Below are positions 15,457 to 23,504 of a stretch of 31,624 bases of DNA, in pieces. The notes below the pieces were generated by a model. It made no database searches. It was not told where the DNA came from and saw only the letters and a list, made by a program, of their open reading frames with translations. Position numbers and translations under genes: made by a program. The stretch covers positions 1-31,624 of IMG/VR virus record IMGVR_UViG_3300027899_000648. One strand, 5' to 3'. Origin of the DNA: a virus (Duplodnaviria; Caudoviricetes). Every line of letters begins with the position of its first letter. The first letter of the stretch is position 1.

Positions 15457-16464
15457 ATGAAGCGTTACGGTAACCTTTTTGAGCAGATCTACTCTATGGA
15501 TAACCTTTTTTCAGCACACATCAACGCCAGGAAGGGTAAAACCCATTACAAAGAAGTCCAGATGGTTGATGCAAACCCTGCATTATACCTTACAAATATC
15601 CAGCAGATGCTTGAAGAAAAGACTTACACAACATCAAAATACCGTGTATTCACCAAGATCGATAAGAAGAAAGAGCGTGAAATTTTCGCATTACCGTATT
15701 ACCCGGACCGCATTATCCAGTGGGCAATTGTGCAGGTGTTGGAACCGATATGGATGGATGCGTTCATAAAAGGAACTTACTCCAGCCTTAAGGGACGGGG
15801 GATCCATAAAGCCCTGATGGACTTAAAACACGACCTTCAGAACGGCCATGATACCAGGTATTGCCTGAAATTCGATATTAAAAAATACTATCCCTCAGTA
15901 GACCACGCGATCCTTAAACAGATCATACGGAAGAAGATCAAGGATCCGGAAGTCCTGAAATTACTCGATGAGATCATCGACAGCAACAACGGCGTTCCGA
16001 TTGGCAATTACCTCTCGCAGTATTTTGGCAACTTATACCTGAATGACTTTGACCACTGGATGAAAGAGGAATGCCACGTAAAATATTATTATCGATACTG
16101 CGATGACGTGGTCCTGCTGCAGCCGGATAAGCGGGACCTGCATACCCTGTTCGGTGAAATAAAACGGTACCTGTTTGATAATTTGAAACTGCTGGTGAAA
16201 GAGAACTACCAGATATTTCCAACGAATATCCGTGGTATTGACTTTGTTGGTTATCGGTGCTTTGGTAATTACACGCTGTTACGAAAAACAACCGCTGCCA
16301 ATATGAAGCGCAAATTACAACCCTTGCAGAGTTTTGAAGATCTAACCCATCACGACCAATGCGTAATTGGAAGTTATACCGGCTGGTTGTCCTGGTGTGA
16401 CGGGTACCGGCTATCGAAGAAGTACGTGAGTCCATTGTTATCAAAGGAGGTAAGTTATGGTTAA
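15457..16464 (+). CDS. DGR reverse transcriptase
   Basis: YYPDRIIQWAI, KGRGIH, KFDIKKYYPSVDH, GVPIGNYLSQ (the SQ typical of DGR RTs), YRYCDD, GIDFVGY; 335 aa with no endonuclease or maturase extension. Confidence 0.95.
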   Translation: MKRYGNLFEQIYSMDNLFSAHINARKGKTHYKEVQMVDANPALYLTNIQQMLEEKTYTTSKYRVFTKIDKKKEREIFALPYYPDRIIQWAIVQVLEPIWMDAFIKGTYSSLKGRGIHKALMDLKHDLQNGHDTRYCLKFDIKKYYPSVDHAILKQIIRKKIKDPEVLKLLDEIIDSNNGVPIGNYLSQYFGNLYLNDFDHWMKEECHVKYYYRYCDDVVLLQPDKRDLHTLFGEIKRYLFDNLKLLVKENYQIFPTNIRGIDFVGYRCFGNYTLLRKTTAANMKRKLQPLQSFEDLTHHDQCVIGSYTGWLSWCDGYRLSKKYVSPLLSKEVSYG

Positions 16465-16741
16465 TTCAGATGTAGAACCCCAAACCCTGCAACTCGACCG
16501 TATTGACAGGGGAAGTGCCAGGGTATTAATACGGTGGAATATCCAGCAGGTTGAGAAGGTAGACCCCATGACCCAGGAGGTCCGGTCCTCATGGGAGTAT
16601 GATGAGAAAGTGCTATGGTGGGCATTACCCGAAGCGTACCCAACAACGCAGGATGTAATTGACTATCTCGTCACCCAGGAGTCTGTAATTCTGGGGTATG
16701 CACAGGCGAGTAAAATGACATACGGATTAGGTGAGGTGTAA
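16457..16741 (+). CDS. Small acidic protein downstream of RT (possible fibre chaperone or DGR accessory)
   Basis: GGAGGT RBS; overlaps the RT 3' end. Confidence 0.75.
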   Translation: MVNSDVEPQTLQLDRIDRGSARVLIRWNIQQVEKVDPMTQEVRSSWEYDEKVLWWALPEAYPTTQDVIDYLVTQESVILGYAQASKMTYGLGEV

Positions 16742-16742
16742 A

Positions 16743-17051
16743 ATGGCAGGAACCATTGATATTGGAAGTATTAAGATCGATGATGAAATCGTGAAGAAAC
16801 ACGAGGCAACCATCGACGCAATGACTACGGATGAGAAAACCATTGCAATTGCCGTTCTGTTAGAGACGGAAGAAGTCGGAGATAAACAGAAGACCTTTTA
16901 CCGGGCAAAGGAGGCCGCACTTGCACAACAGAAGGCAAGTGGGATTCTGTCTGTAGAGACCGCACGGAATAAGGCACAGTCCGACCTGGAGAAATTACAA
17001 CAGGTATGGAAAGATGCCGAGGGATTGGGAACTTGGGTGATACCAGGATGA
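16743..17051 (+). CDS. Helical/coiled-coil hypothetical protein (ATG 16743 preferred)
   Basis: GGTGAGGTG upstream; ATGA overlap with the next gene. Confidence 0.7.
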   Translation: MAGTIDIGSIKIDDEIVKKHEATIDAMTTDEKTIAIAVLLETEEVGDKQKTFYRAKEAALAQQKASGILSVETARNKAQSDLEKLQQVWKDAEGLGTWVIPG

Positions 17052-17278
17052 AAGGCAACATCCACGCAAAACCACCAACATTAATTTTAACCACGCGAGA
17101 AAAACGTTTAATATGGGCGGTAGTAATGGACGGTGGAAATGCATCTGACAAATGCATTGCGGATTTTCTCGCTAACTGTTATCCCGAAGACAACAACCAC
17201 AAAAGAGATCCTTCCACAATCTACAATTACCGGAAGGAGATTATTGCTGGTATAAATAAATCCATACCCTTGGTGTAA
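17048..17278 (+). CDS. Putative HTH DNA-binding protein (ATG 17048 preferred)
   Basis: LTTREKRLI, SDKCIADFL and DPSTIYNYRK resemble a three-helix HTH. Confidence 0.55.
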   Translation: MKGNIHAKPPTLILTTREKRLIWAVVMDGGNASDKCIADFLANCYPEDNNHKRDPSTIYNYRKEIIAGINKSIPLV

Positions 17279-17280
17279 AC

Positions 17281-17418
17281 ATGGTAAACTGGACGGCAAC
17301 GATTTATAATTCCCTGGAGGAATTGGAGACGGCGGTGGAGGCCGTGGTAAACTCATCCACAATTGAGATTGTAGCAGACCCGATTACAGGAAGATTCCTG
17401 CTGGCAAAGACAGTGTGA
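17281..17418 (+). CDS. 45-aa microprotein, paralog A (not in ORF track)
   Basis: MVNWTATIYNSLEELETAVEAVVNSSTIEIVADPITGRFLLAKTV; similar to the next ORF. Confidence 0.7.
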   Translation: MVNWTATIYNSLEELETAVEAVVNSSTIEIVADPITGRFLLAKTV

Positions 17419-17422
17419 TATA

Positions 17423-17581
17423 ATGGCTGTATTCATGGCGGCTGACCTTCATAACTCATTAGAGCAATTGAAAGCAGCCTTTGAAACTATTGATAATTCA
17501 TCCGGGACCAGGGCGGTATCAAATCCACAGGGAAGATATATCCTTGCATACGGAAACGGGTTAGATATCCCAATTCCCTGA
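17423..17581 (+). CDS. 52-aa microprotein, paralog B (not in ORF track)
   Basis: MAVFMAADLHNSLEQLKAAFETIDNSSGTRAVSNPQGRYILAYGNGLDIPIP. Confidence 0.7.
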   Translation: MAVFMAADLHNSLEQLKAAFETIDNSSGTRAVSNPQGRYILAYGNGLDIPIP

Positions 17582-17607
17582 AGAAAACACTTCTATTTTA
17601 TTGTTGG

Positions 17608-17619
17608 TATATATATAAA
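17608..17619 (+). promoter_or_regulatory. Putative archaeal TATA box of the capsid operon
   Basis: TATATATATAAA in an AT-rich gap about 21-32 nt upstream of ATG 17640, preceded by a T-rich tract. Confidence 0.6.
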
Positions 17620-17639
17620 TCTCTTCTATAGTTCACCTA

Positions 17640-18803
17640 ATGCCTTACACCGAGGAGGGGGCTATAGATGTGACTGATGAAAATATTGTAGTTCAAACTG
17701 AATTTGACGAGGCTGTAATCCCGTCGAACTTCACAGAAAAAACCATTCAATCTAACGGCACCGCCCGGATAAGGATCATCAAGCCGGGATGGGGAAGTTC
17801 CGGATACTATTCTGAAAAGATGCTTGAACGGGATGCAGCGAAAGTCTACACATATGGGCTTCACATGTACCTCGACCATCCAACGAGCATTGAAGAAAAG
17901 GGAAGGCCCGAACGAAGTATCAAAGACCTTGCTGCCGTTATCGAAGGGAACGTAAAATACGAAAAAGACAATCCAGACGGTGCCGGTGTTTATGCCGATG
18001 CTCATGTATTTACTCCGTATCGCGGGATGCTGAAAGAGATGGCTCCATACATCGGGCTATCTCACAGAGCACAGGGAACATCCAAGGCCGGACAGGCAGA
18101 GGGTAAATCAGGCTCAATTATTGAATCCCTCGATAAGGCGTTTTCAGTAGACTTCGTAACCCTTCCGGGAGCCGGCGGTGGACTTGTGCAGATGTATGAG
18201 TCCTGGAAAGAACCCGAAAAGAACAGCGAGCAGAGCAAAGAAAAGATCGAGGAAAACAAAGAGGAAATCATGACAATCACCACAAAAGAACTCAAGGAAA
18301 CCAGGCCGGAGATCATCGAAGAGCTCAAGGCAGAAACTCTTAAAGAACTCCGTGAATCTGAAATCGTCAAGGTATCAGAGGGAGAACTGGAAGATGCACA
18401 GGCGGAGATCATTGCACTTAAAGCCGAAATTGCAAGGTTGAAAGAGAAGACTGCGGTTGGGGAAGCGGCAATAATCGCAACCGACGCCCTGAAAGATGCC
18501 AAAGTCCCGAACCTTGCAAAACCCCGCATTATAGAAGCAATCGTCTCGAAAGCCACCCTTAAAGAAGGCGTTCTTGATACCGATGCATTCAAGGCAACCA
18601 TTGAGGAATCCATCAAGGCCGAAACCGACTTCTATGGAAAACTCATGGAAACCGGGAAGGTCCGGGGAATGGGAACCATGCCAACCGCATCAGCTGATGT
18701 CTCGAAGGCACTGAAGGAATCATTCAAGGAAGACTTCATACGGGCCGGTAAGAGTCCCGCAGAAGCCGAGAAGATGGCAGAGATCGCCGCAACTGGTAGG
18801 TAA
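17640..18803 (+). CDS. Prohead maturation protease fused to a C-terminal scaffold (alternative start GTG 17670)
   Basis: MYLDHP (His), IGLSHRAQG (Ser), SVDFVTLPGAGG (Asp), then a long Glu/Lys-rich coiled-coil region; upstream of cement and MCP genes. Confidence 0.85.
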   Translation: MPYTEEGAIDVTDENIVVQTEFDEAVIPSNFTEKTIQSNGTARIRIIKPGWGSSGYYSEKMLERDAAKVYTYGLHMYLDHPTSIEEKGRPERSIKDLAAVIEGNVKYEKDNPDGAGVYADAHVFTPYRGMLKEMAPYIGLSHRAQGTSKAGQAEGKSGSIIESLDKAFSVDFVTLPGAGGGLVQMYESWKEPEKNSEQSKEKIEENKEEIMTITTKELKETRPEIIEELKAETLKELRESEIVKVSEGELEDAQAEIIALKAEIARLKEKTAVGEAAIIATDALKDAKVPNLAKPRIIEAIVSKATLKEGVLDTDAFKATIEESIKAETDFYGKLMETGKVRGMGTMPTASADVSKALKESFKEDFIRAGKSPAEAEKMAEIAATGR

Positions 18804-18805
18804 TC

Positions 18806-19216
18806 ATGGTAGTATATGACGTAACCCTGCGAGAAGCCGGAGATGAACTATCCAGCACCGGAGAGGGGCGGCATATCACCGTAGTAGAATCCGATATCTT
18901 GCATTCATCCAGGGGTAGCGGATTCGTCAATAAGGGAGATCCCGTCAGCATCGGTGCAACTCTCGTAGGGGTAGCACTCACCACGGCAACCGCAGCAACA
19001 GACAGAGTAGCTGTTGACACCGAAGGCATATGGGTTCTGCCCGTTGTTGCATCAGACGGTAACGGGGTTTCAGATGTAGCAATCGGGGATATTCTCTATA
19101 TTGCCACAGGGGTCGTCTCTAAAATTAACACTGGTATCGTGTATGGAAAAGCACTTTCAACATTAAGCGGAAGTGTCACGGCGCAATTGGCAGCCGTGAA
19201 AGTCCACATGGAATAA
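18806..19216 (+). CDS. Capsid cement/decoration protein (DUF2190-like), short paralog
   Basis: KGDPVSIG...VGVA...VDTEGIW...IGDILY...YGKAL; lies between protease and MCP. Confidence 0.75.
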   Translation: MVVYDVTLREAGDELSSTGEGRHITVVESDILHSSRGSGFVNKGDPVSIGATLVGVALTTATAATDRVAVDTEGIWVLPVVASDGNGVSDVAIGDILYIATGVVSKINTGIVYGKALSTLSGSVTAQLAAVKVHME

Positions 19217-19240
19217 ACAGAATAAGGAGGAATTAACAAA

Positions 19241-20263
19241 ATGACAGCACTAAACGCATACCGCGTAGCAACTCCTACCAGGACGGCGGGAGAGGAATTA
19301 TCAAGCACGTTTGAGGGAAGATACCTCAACTGCCTGGAGTCAGAACTTGTCCACCCATACCACGCAGACGGGTTTGTAGACAAGGGAGATCCGGTTCTCA
19401 TCGGTGCAAACATCGTAGGGATTGCAATGGCATCCGCCGCTGCAGCTACCGATTACATCAGCGTAGACACCGAAGGCATTTGGGCGTTAAACGTCCTCGG
19501 ATGTGTCAGCGATGGAACGGAAGACGGGATTGCAAAGGCACTCGTAGCAGGAGACCCGGTTTATTTCCAGGTAACACCCTCAACTGATGTCTACCTGCTT
19601 TCAGGTGAGCAAGACCCGGCCCGGTTCAGGTTCTTCGGCACTCTCATGGGCTCCGTTTCTGCTCATGTTTCAACACCTACCCTTGTTGGTGTTAAGGTCC
19701 ACTCTGCACCAATGCCGGAGGAAGGCCGTCTTCATTTCGGGTCCGGATACACACAGGGAGCCGTAACAGGAAACATGCTGCTCGAAGGAGATGCAGCACT
19801 CCGTAAGAACAGACTTCTGGAAGCGTGCCTTGCACCCAAGACGGTTCTACTCGCAGGGGAGCAGATTCACGGTTTCAATATCCGGGTTGTGGATAACGTC
19901 ATTTCAACTGGTGGAGAGATCACAGCCGGGGAACTGAAGGTAGTCCGAGACGAAGGCACCGATGCAAGCGTATCATCAGCAACCGCCCTGAAACTCAACA
20001 CCGATAATAAGAACGGTGGAATTGCGCCATACGTTCGTGGTCTTGACATCAAGATGGAAGGGGTGCCCGGAGCAACTCCGGCTGTTAGGTCTGCAATTCA
20101 TATCGGTAGTTCAGGCACAGCGGGAACCCTTGAATCACTTCTCGAACTGGATGCATTCACCACTTGTGGCGGTTCTGCAAGTGATACCCTGAACACACCA
20201 AGCGGGACAATCGCGGTTAACGTTGCAGGTGTAATCCACTTCATCCAGTTGTATTCGACGTAA
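19241..20263 (+). CDS. Capsid cement/decoration paralog with a ~185-aa C-terminal extension
   Basis: N-terminus aligns with 18806-19216 (ELSSTxEGR, GFVxKGDPV, VDTEGIW, VKVH). Confidence 0.75.
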   Translation: MTALNAYRVATPTRTAGEELSSTFEGRYLNCLESELVHPYHADGFVDKGDPVLIGANIVGIAMASAAAATDYISVDTEGIWALNVLGCVSDGTEDGIAKALVAGDPVYFQVTPSTDVYLLSGEQDPARFRFFGTLMGSVSAHVSTPTLVGVKVHSAPMPEEGRLHFGSGYTQGAVTGNMLLEGDAALRKNRLLEACLAPKTVLLAGEQIHGFNIRVVDNVISTGGEITAGELKVVRDEGTDASVSSATALKLNTDNKNGGIAPYVRGLDIKMEGVPGATPAVRSAIHIGSSGTAGTLESLLELDAFTTCGGSASDTLNTPSGTIAVNVAGVIHFIQLYST

Positions 20264-20307
20264 TCAATCCAATCCAATAACTGACAAACAAAGGAGGAAT
20301 TAACAAA

Positions 20308-21450
20308 ATGACAGAAACCTTATCCGAATCAATGAATGCCTGGGATTCATACCACGGCGTAAAAAACACACAGGTACAGGAAGCAGACCTAATCAGAGCG
20401 AAGGACCTGCTCTCGAACCGTGCTGGTTACAGACCGCAGATGCACAAAGCCATTCTCGAAGAGGCCATCACCACATCAGACTTCCCATACCTGTTCGGGC
20501 ATGTAATCGACAGGCAACTTCTCGCCAATTATAAGGCGGTATATGCAGACTGGAGGACTTACGTTAGGGTAGCAGGAGTCCCGGACTTCAACACCGTCAG
20601 GAGAGAGAAACTTTCAGGCAGTGACAACTATCTTGATGTCGTGCCGGAGAAAGGCGAATACCTGCCAACGAAGCCGGTGAACTGCCGATACACCTATAAC
20701 GTGAAGAAATACGGCCGTCAGTTCGATATCTCATGGGAGTCTCTCATTAACGACCAGTTGAACGCATTTGCAGACATCCCGCAGAGGTTCGCAACAGCAG
20801 CACTTCGCAGCGAGTCCCGGTTCGTAACCGGTCTCTACGCAGCATCAGGAGGGCACGGTAACACCAGCCTATACGGTGCAGCATTAAGCGATTGCGGGCA
20901 ATCTGTCTGTAACCTTGGCGTTCTCCCGTTGACACTTGCTAACCTTGAGACCACAATGGCACTCATGGTAGCACAGACCGACCCGAACGGAGAGCCAATC
21001 GGTGTCATGGCAAAGCATCTCGTTGTTCCGCCGGCACTTGAGTTCACCGCCCGGAGTATCATCACTTCCGGCCTGAAGATGTGGACCTCAACCGCAGACG
21101 ATGAATCAGCATCCCTGCCATACCCGACAACCAACGTGATCCCGCAGATGGGGCTCCAGTTGCACGTAGACCCGTTCCTGCCAGTCATCGACACCACGCA
21201 CGGCGGAACCGGATGGTACCTGTTCGCAGATCCTTCACAGGGTGCAGCCCTTGAGATGGGATTCCTACGCGGGCATGAGACCCCGGAGATCGTCATGAAG
21301 GGCTCCGATAAGGTTCTCGTTGGCGGCGGAGCAGTCTCACCGTTCGATGGTGACTTCTCAACTGACAATATCATGTACCGGGTCAGGCACGTATTCGGCG
21401 GAACCCAGTTAGACCCAAGGTTCACCTATCACCAGGCAGGCGCAAGTTAA
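20308..21450 (+). CDS. Major capsid protein (HK97 fold, Mu gpT-like)
   Basis: EAITTSDFPYLF, VPDF, KYGRQFDISWESLIND, LVVPPALE, WYLFADP, YRVRHVFGG; strong RBS. Confidence 0.9.
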   Translation: MTETLSESMNAWDSYHGVKNTQVQEADLIRAKDLLSNRAGYRPQMHKAILEEAITTSDFPYLFGHVIDRQLLANYKAVYADWRTYVRVAGVPDFNTVRREKLSGSDNYLDVVPEKGEYLPTKPVNCRYTYNVKKYGRQFDISWESLINDQLNAFADIPQRFATAALRSESRFVTGLYAASGGHGNTSLYGAALSDCGQSVCNLGVLPLTLANLETTMALMVAQTDPNGEPIGVMAKHLVVPPALEFTARSIITSGLKMWTSTADDESASLPYPTTNVIPQMGLQLHVDPFLPVIDTTHGGTGWYLFADPSQGAALEMGFLRGHETPEIVMKGSDKVLVGGGAVSPFDGDFSTDNIMYRVRHVFGGTQLDPRFTYHQAGAS

Positions 21451-21460
21451 ACCGATCATC

Positions 21461-21469
21461 CTTTTTTCC
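21461..21469 (+). terminator. Oligo-T putative archaeal-type terminator after MCP
   Basis: CTTTTTTCC about 11 nt after the MCP stop, with no GC hairpin. Confidence 0.45.
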
Positions 21470-21491
21470 AATTAAAAGGAGGATGATTATT

Positions 21492-21845
21492 TTGACTTTT
21501 ACCTATACACCCGGAACAGACATAGCAAGAGTGAGAAGGGAGATACCGACAGAAAAGGTATCAACAACCGCAATTCTCACCGATGAGGAGATCCAGTCTT
21601 ACCTTGATGATGAAGGAGACTGGAGACTTGCAGCAGCCCAAGCCCTTGACTTTGCGGCAAACAACTGCACCCTTATTCTGCAGCAGATGAGTGATTCAGG
21701 GTATTCCATTTCAGGTGCTACCATGGCTGCAGACCTTCGCACCCGTGCCAGGGAACTCCGGACACAGTATGATGAGGGCGGGAGTGAAGAGTCAGGGGAT
21801 ATAGGTTTTGACTTCGCAGTTACACGCCGGGAGTCTTACCTATGA
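21492..21845 (+). CDS. Head-tail adaptor (TTG 21492 preferred from RBS spacing)
   Basis: DIARVR...LTDEEIQSYL...AAAQALD; position after MCP. Confidence 0.7.
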   Translation: MTFTYTPGTDIARVRREIPTEKVSTTAILTDEEIQSYLDDEGDWRLAAAQALDFAANNCTLILQQMSDSGYSISGATMAADLRTRARELRTQYDEGGSEESGDIGFDFAVTRRESYL

Positions 21846-22195
21846 CCGGAATTTCAACCTTTATTCATACCTGCACAATCCAGATGAAAACGGTTGGTGC
21901 GTCTGATCATCACGGTGGCGGGGCGAATACATGGGCAAACAACCAGGTAGGGATTCCATGCCGGTTCACCAACCTTTCAGAACAGAAGAGATACCCGGAA
22001 CCCGCCGGGATAGTCGTATCTGATATTCCCGTTGTTCTCCTGCCTAATACCACCACGGTTGAGAAACTGACTTATCGGGTTGTCACGACTCAAACCGGAT
22101 TCGAGGGAACCTATGATATAATCCGCATCCACCGCCGACCTACCGCCACAGGAACGAACCACATAACGAGTATTCTCCAGGTGGTGACGGCCTGA
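21842..22195 (+). CDS. Head closure/stopper protein
   Basis: HTCTIQ...W...IPCRF beta-rich pattern; synteny. Confidence 0.65.
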   Translation: MTGISTFIHTCTIQMKTVGASDHHGGGANTWANNQVGIPCRFTNLSEQKRYPEPAGIVVSDIPVVLLPNTTTVEKLTYRVVTTQTGFEGTYDIIRIHRRPTATGTNHITSILQVVTA

Positions 22196-22344
22196 TGAAC
22201 CCTGAAGACTGCAAGGGAAAATTCGACAGGGAGATCCTTGAATATCTCCTGCGTAAACAGGAAGAGTTAACAGCACAACTCAAACGCCGCCCCTGTATTC
22301 TCCTGGACAATATCCTAAATAAACCACAGGAGGGAACATCCTGA
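22195..22344 (+). CDS. 49-aa microprotein similar to the N-terminus of the next gene (not in ORF track)
   Basis: MNPEDCKGKFDREILEYLLRKQEELTAQLKRRPCILLDNILNKPQEGTS; TGATG overlaps at both ends. Confidence 0.65.
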   Translation: MNPEDCKGKFDREILEYLLRKQEELTAQLKRRPCILLDNILNKPQEGTS

Positions 22345-22697
22345 TGGAAGACTTCGAAGCAAAAACCGATCATGATCTGTTGGTGATAATTGCAACGAAA
22401 CAATCACTCATGCAGCAAACGCTTGAGGTCTTCCAGGATGCGCAGGCGTTCTGGAACTGTGCAATGGAGGAACGGGTAAGATACCTGGAACAGAACGGGG
22501 CTAAAATATCACAGGAGAACGCGAAAGGATTAGCCGTTGTTGCCGGGCGTGTGGATGTATTAGAGGGATTCGTTACGGTGCATGATGCACAAGTCAAGCA
22601 GTCTGCAAAGATCGCCGGAATTGTTGCAGGAATAATTGCGACTATAGGTGTTCTTGTAACTATCGGAGTATCTCTCTATTATTGGGGGAAACCCTGA
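22344..22697 (+). CDS. Coiled-coil protein with C-terminal TM helix (XhlA/holin-like architecture)
   Basis: IAGIVAGIIATIGVLVTIGVSLYYW at the C-terminus. Confidence 0.65.
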   Translation: MEDFEAKTDHDLLVIIATKQSLMQQTLEVFQDAQAFWNCAMEERVRYLEQNGAKISQENAKGLAVVAGRVDVLEGFVTVHDAQVKQSAKIAGIVAGIIATIGVLVTIGVSLYYWGKP

Positions 22698-23095
22698 TGG
22701 TGCTTGAGGGTAAGGCGGAGGCATTCGCAAACGCAGACCGGGAGATCCTTACGAAGTGGGAGTTAGCAGGCCCGGCGTTATACGTTGCCCTTCAGCCAAC
22801 CCTGAACAAATCGGTTGAGCAATGCCCGAAGAAAACCGGCACACTCGCAGGGTCCGGAAGAATCGACCCACCTGAAACAGAGGGGAATTTAACGTATTGC
22901 ACGATCGGATATCACACTGCGTATGCATTGAGAATCCACGAGGATTTAACCATCTCCCACCCATGGCACATCGACCCGGAAACAAGAATGCCGTATAACT
23001 GCACCGGAAAGGCAAAGTATCTCGAAGACCCGTTACGGGAAGACCTTGATATCATCCCTGACAGGTATAGGCAGGCGTTGGAGTCCATATCATGA
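22697..23095 (+). CDS. Tail completion/neck protein (HK97 gp10-like)
   Basis: CPKKTGTLAGSG, YALRIHE, GKAKYLEDPL. Confidence 0.8.
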   Translation: MVLEGKAEAFANADREILTKWELAGPALYVALQPTLNKSVEQCPKKTGTLAGSGRIDPPETEGNLTYCTIGYHTAYALRIHEDLTISHPWHIDPETRMPYNCTGKAKYLEDPLREDLDIIPDRYRQALESIS

Positions 23096-23481
23096 TGACT
23101 ATTGATATCGGCACGTATCTGGAGACACACGGAATCGGCACAATTGAAACCGATATATTCCTTGATTACGTCCCGGATACGCCACACCTATGCACCATCT
23201 TAACGCAGTATGCCGGCAACAGGCCGGAGATGTTACTATCGGGGCCGGGGGATGAGTCACCAGGGTTGCAGGTCAGGGGCCGGGGAGCACCCGATGGGTA
23301 TGAAGCAGGGTTCGCCCGGATGAAAGATGTTGAATTGCACTTATCAGGACTATCAAACACCACCCTATCAGGCACGGCCTACAAGTCGATTATCCCAACC
23401 GGAAGCATTGCCAACATGGGATACGATGAGAAAGGCAGGCCGGAATGGGTGCAGAATTACATTGTGACAAAAGCAGTATGA
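23092..23481 (+). CDS. Tail terminator-like protein
   Basis: DIGTYLETHGIG, PGLQVRGRG, GYDEKGRPEWVQNY; directly upstream of the tail tube gene. Confidence 0.75.
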   Translation: MMTIDIGTYLETHGIGTIETDIFLDYVPDTPHLCTILTQYAGNRPEMLLSGPGDESPGLQVRGRGAPDGYEAGFARMKDVELHLSGLSNTTLSGTAYKSIIPTGSIANMGYDEKGRPEWVQNYIVTKAV

Positions 23482-23504
23482 GAGAAAGGAGTTGAAACAG
23501 AACT

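Larger units (their letters stand above)
15022..16464 (+). mobile_element. Diversity-generating retroelement cassette (VR-TR-RT)
   Basis: VR/TR pair with adenine-specific differences adjacent to a DGR-type RT. Confidence 0.95.

Noticed and set aside
15457-16464. RT as group II intron, retron or Abi RT
   Set aside because: It has the SQ motif, is short, lacks maturase and endonuclease domains, and has an adjacent adenine-specific VR/TR pair.
16743-17051. Avd accessory protein
   Set aside because: Size and helicity fit loosely, but it is acidic and has no recognisable Avd motif; left as hypothetical.
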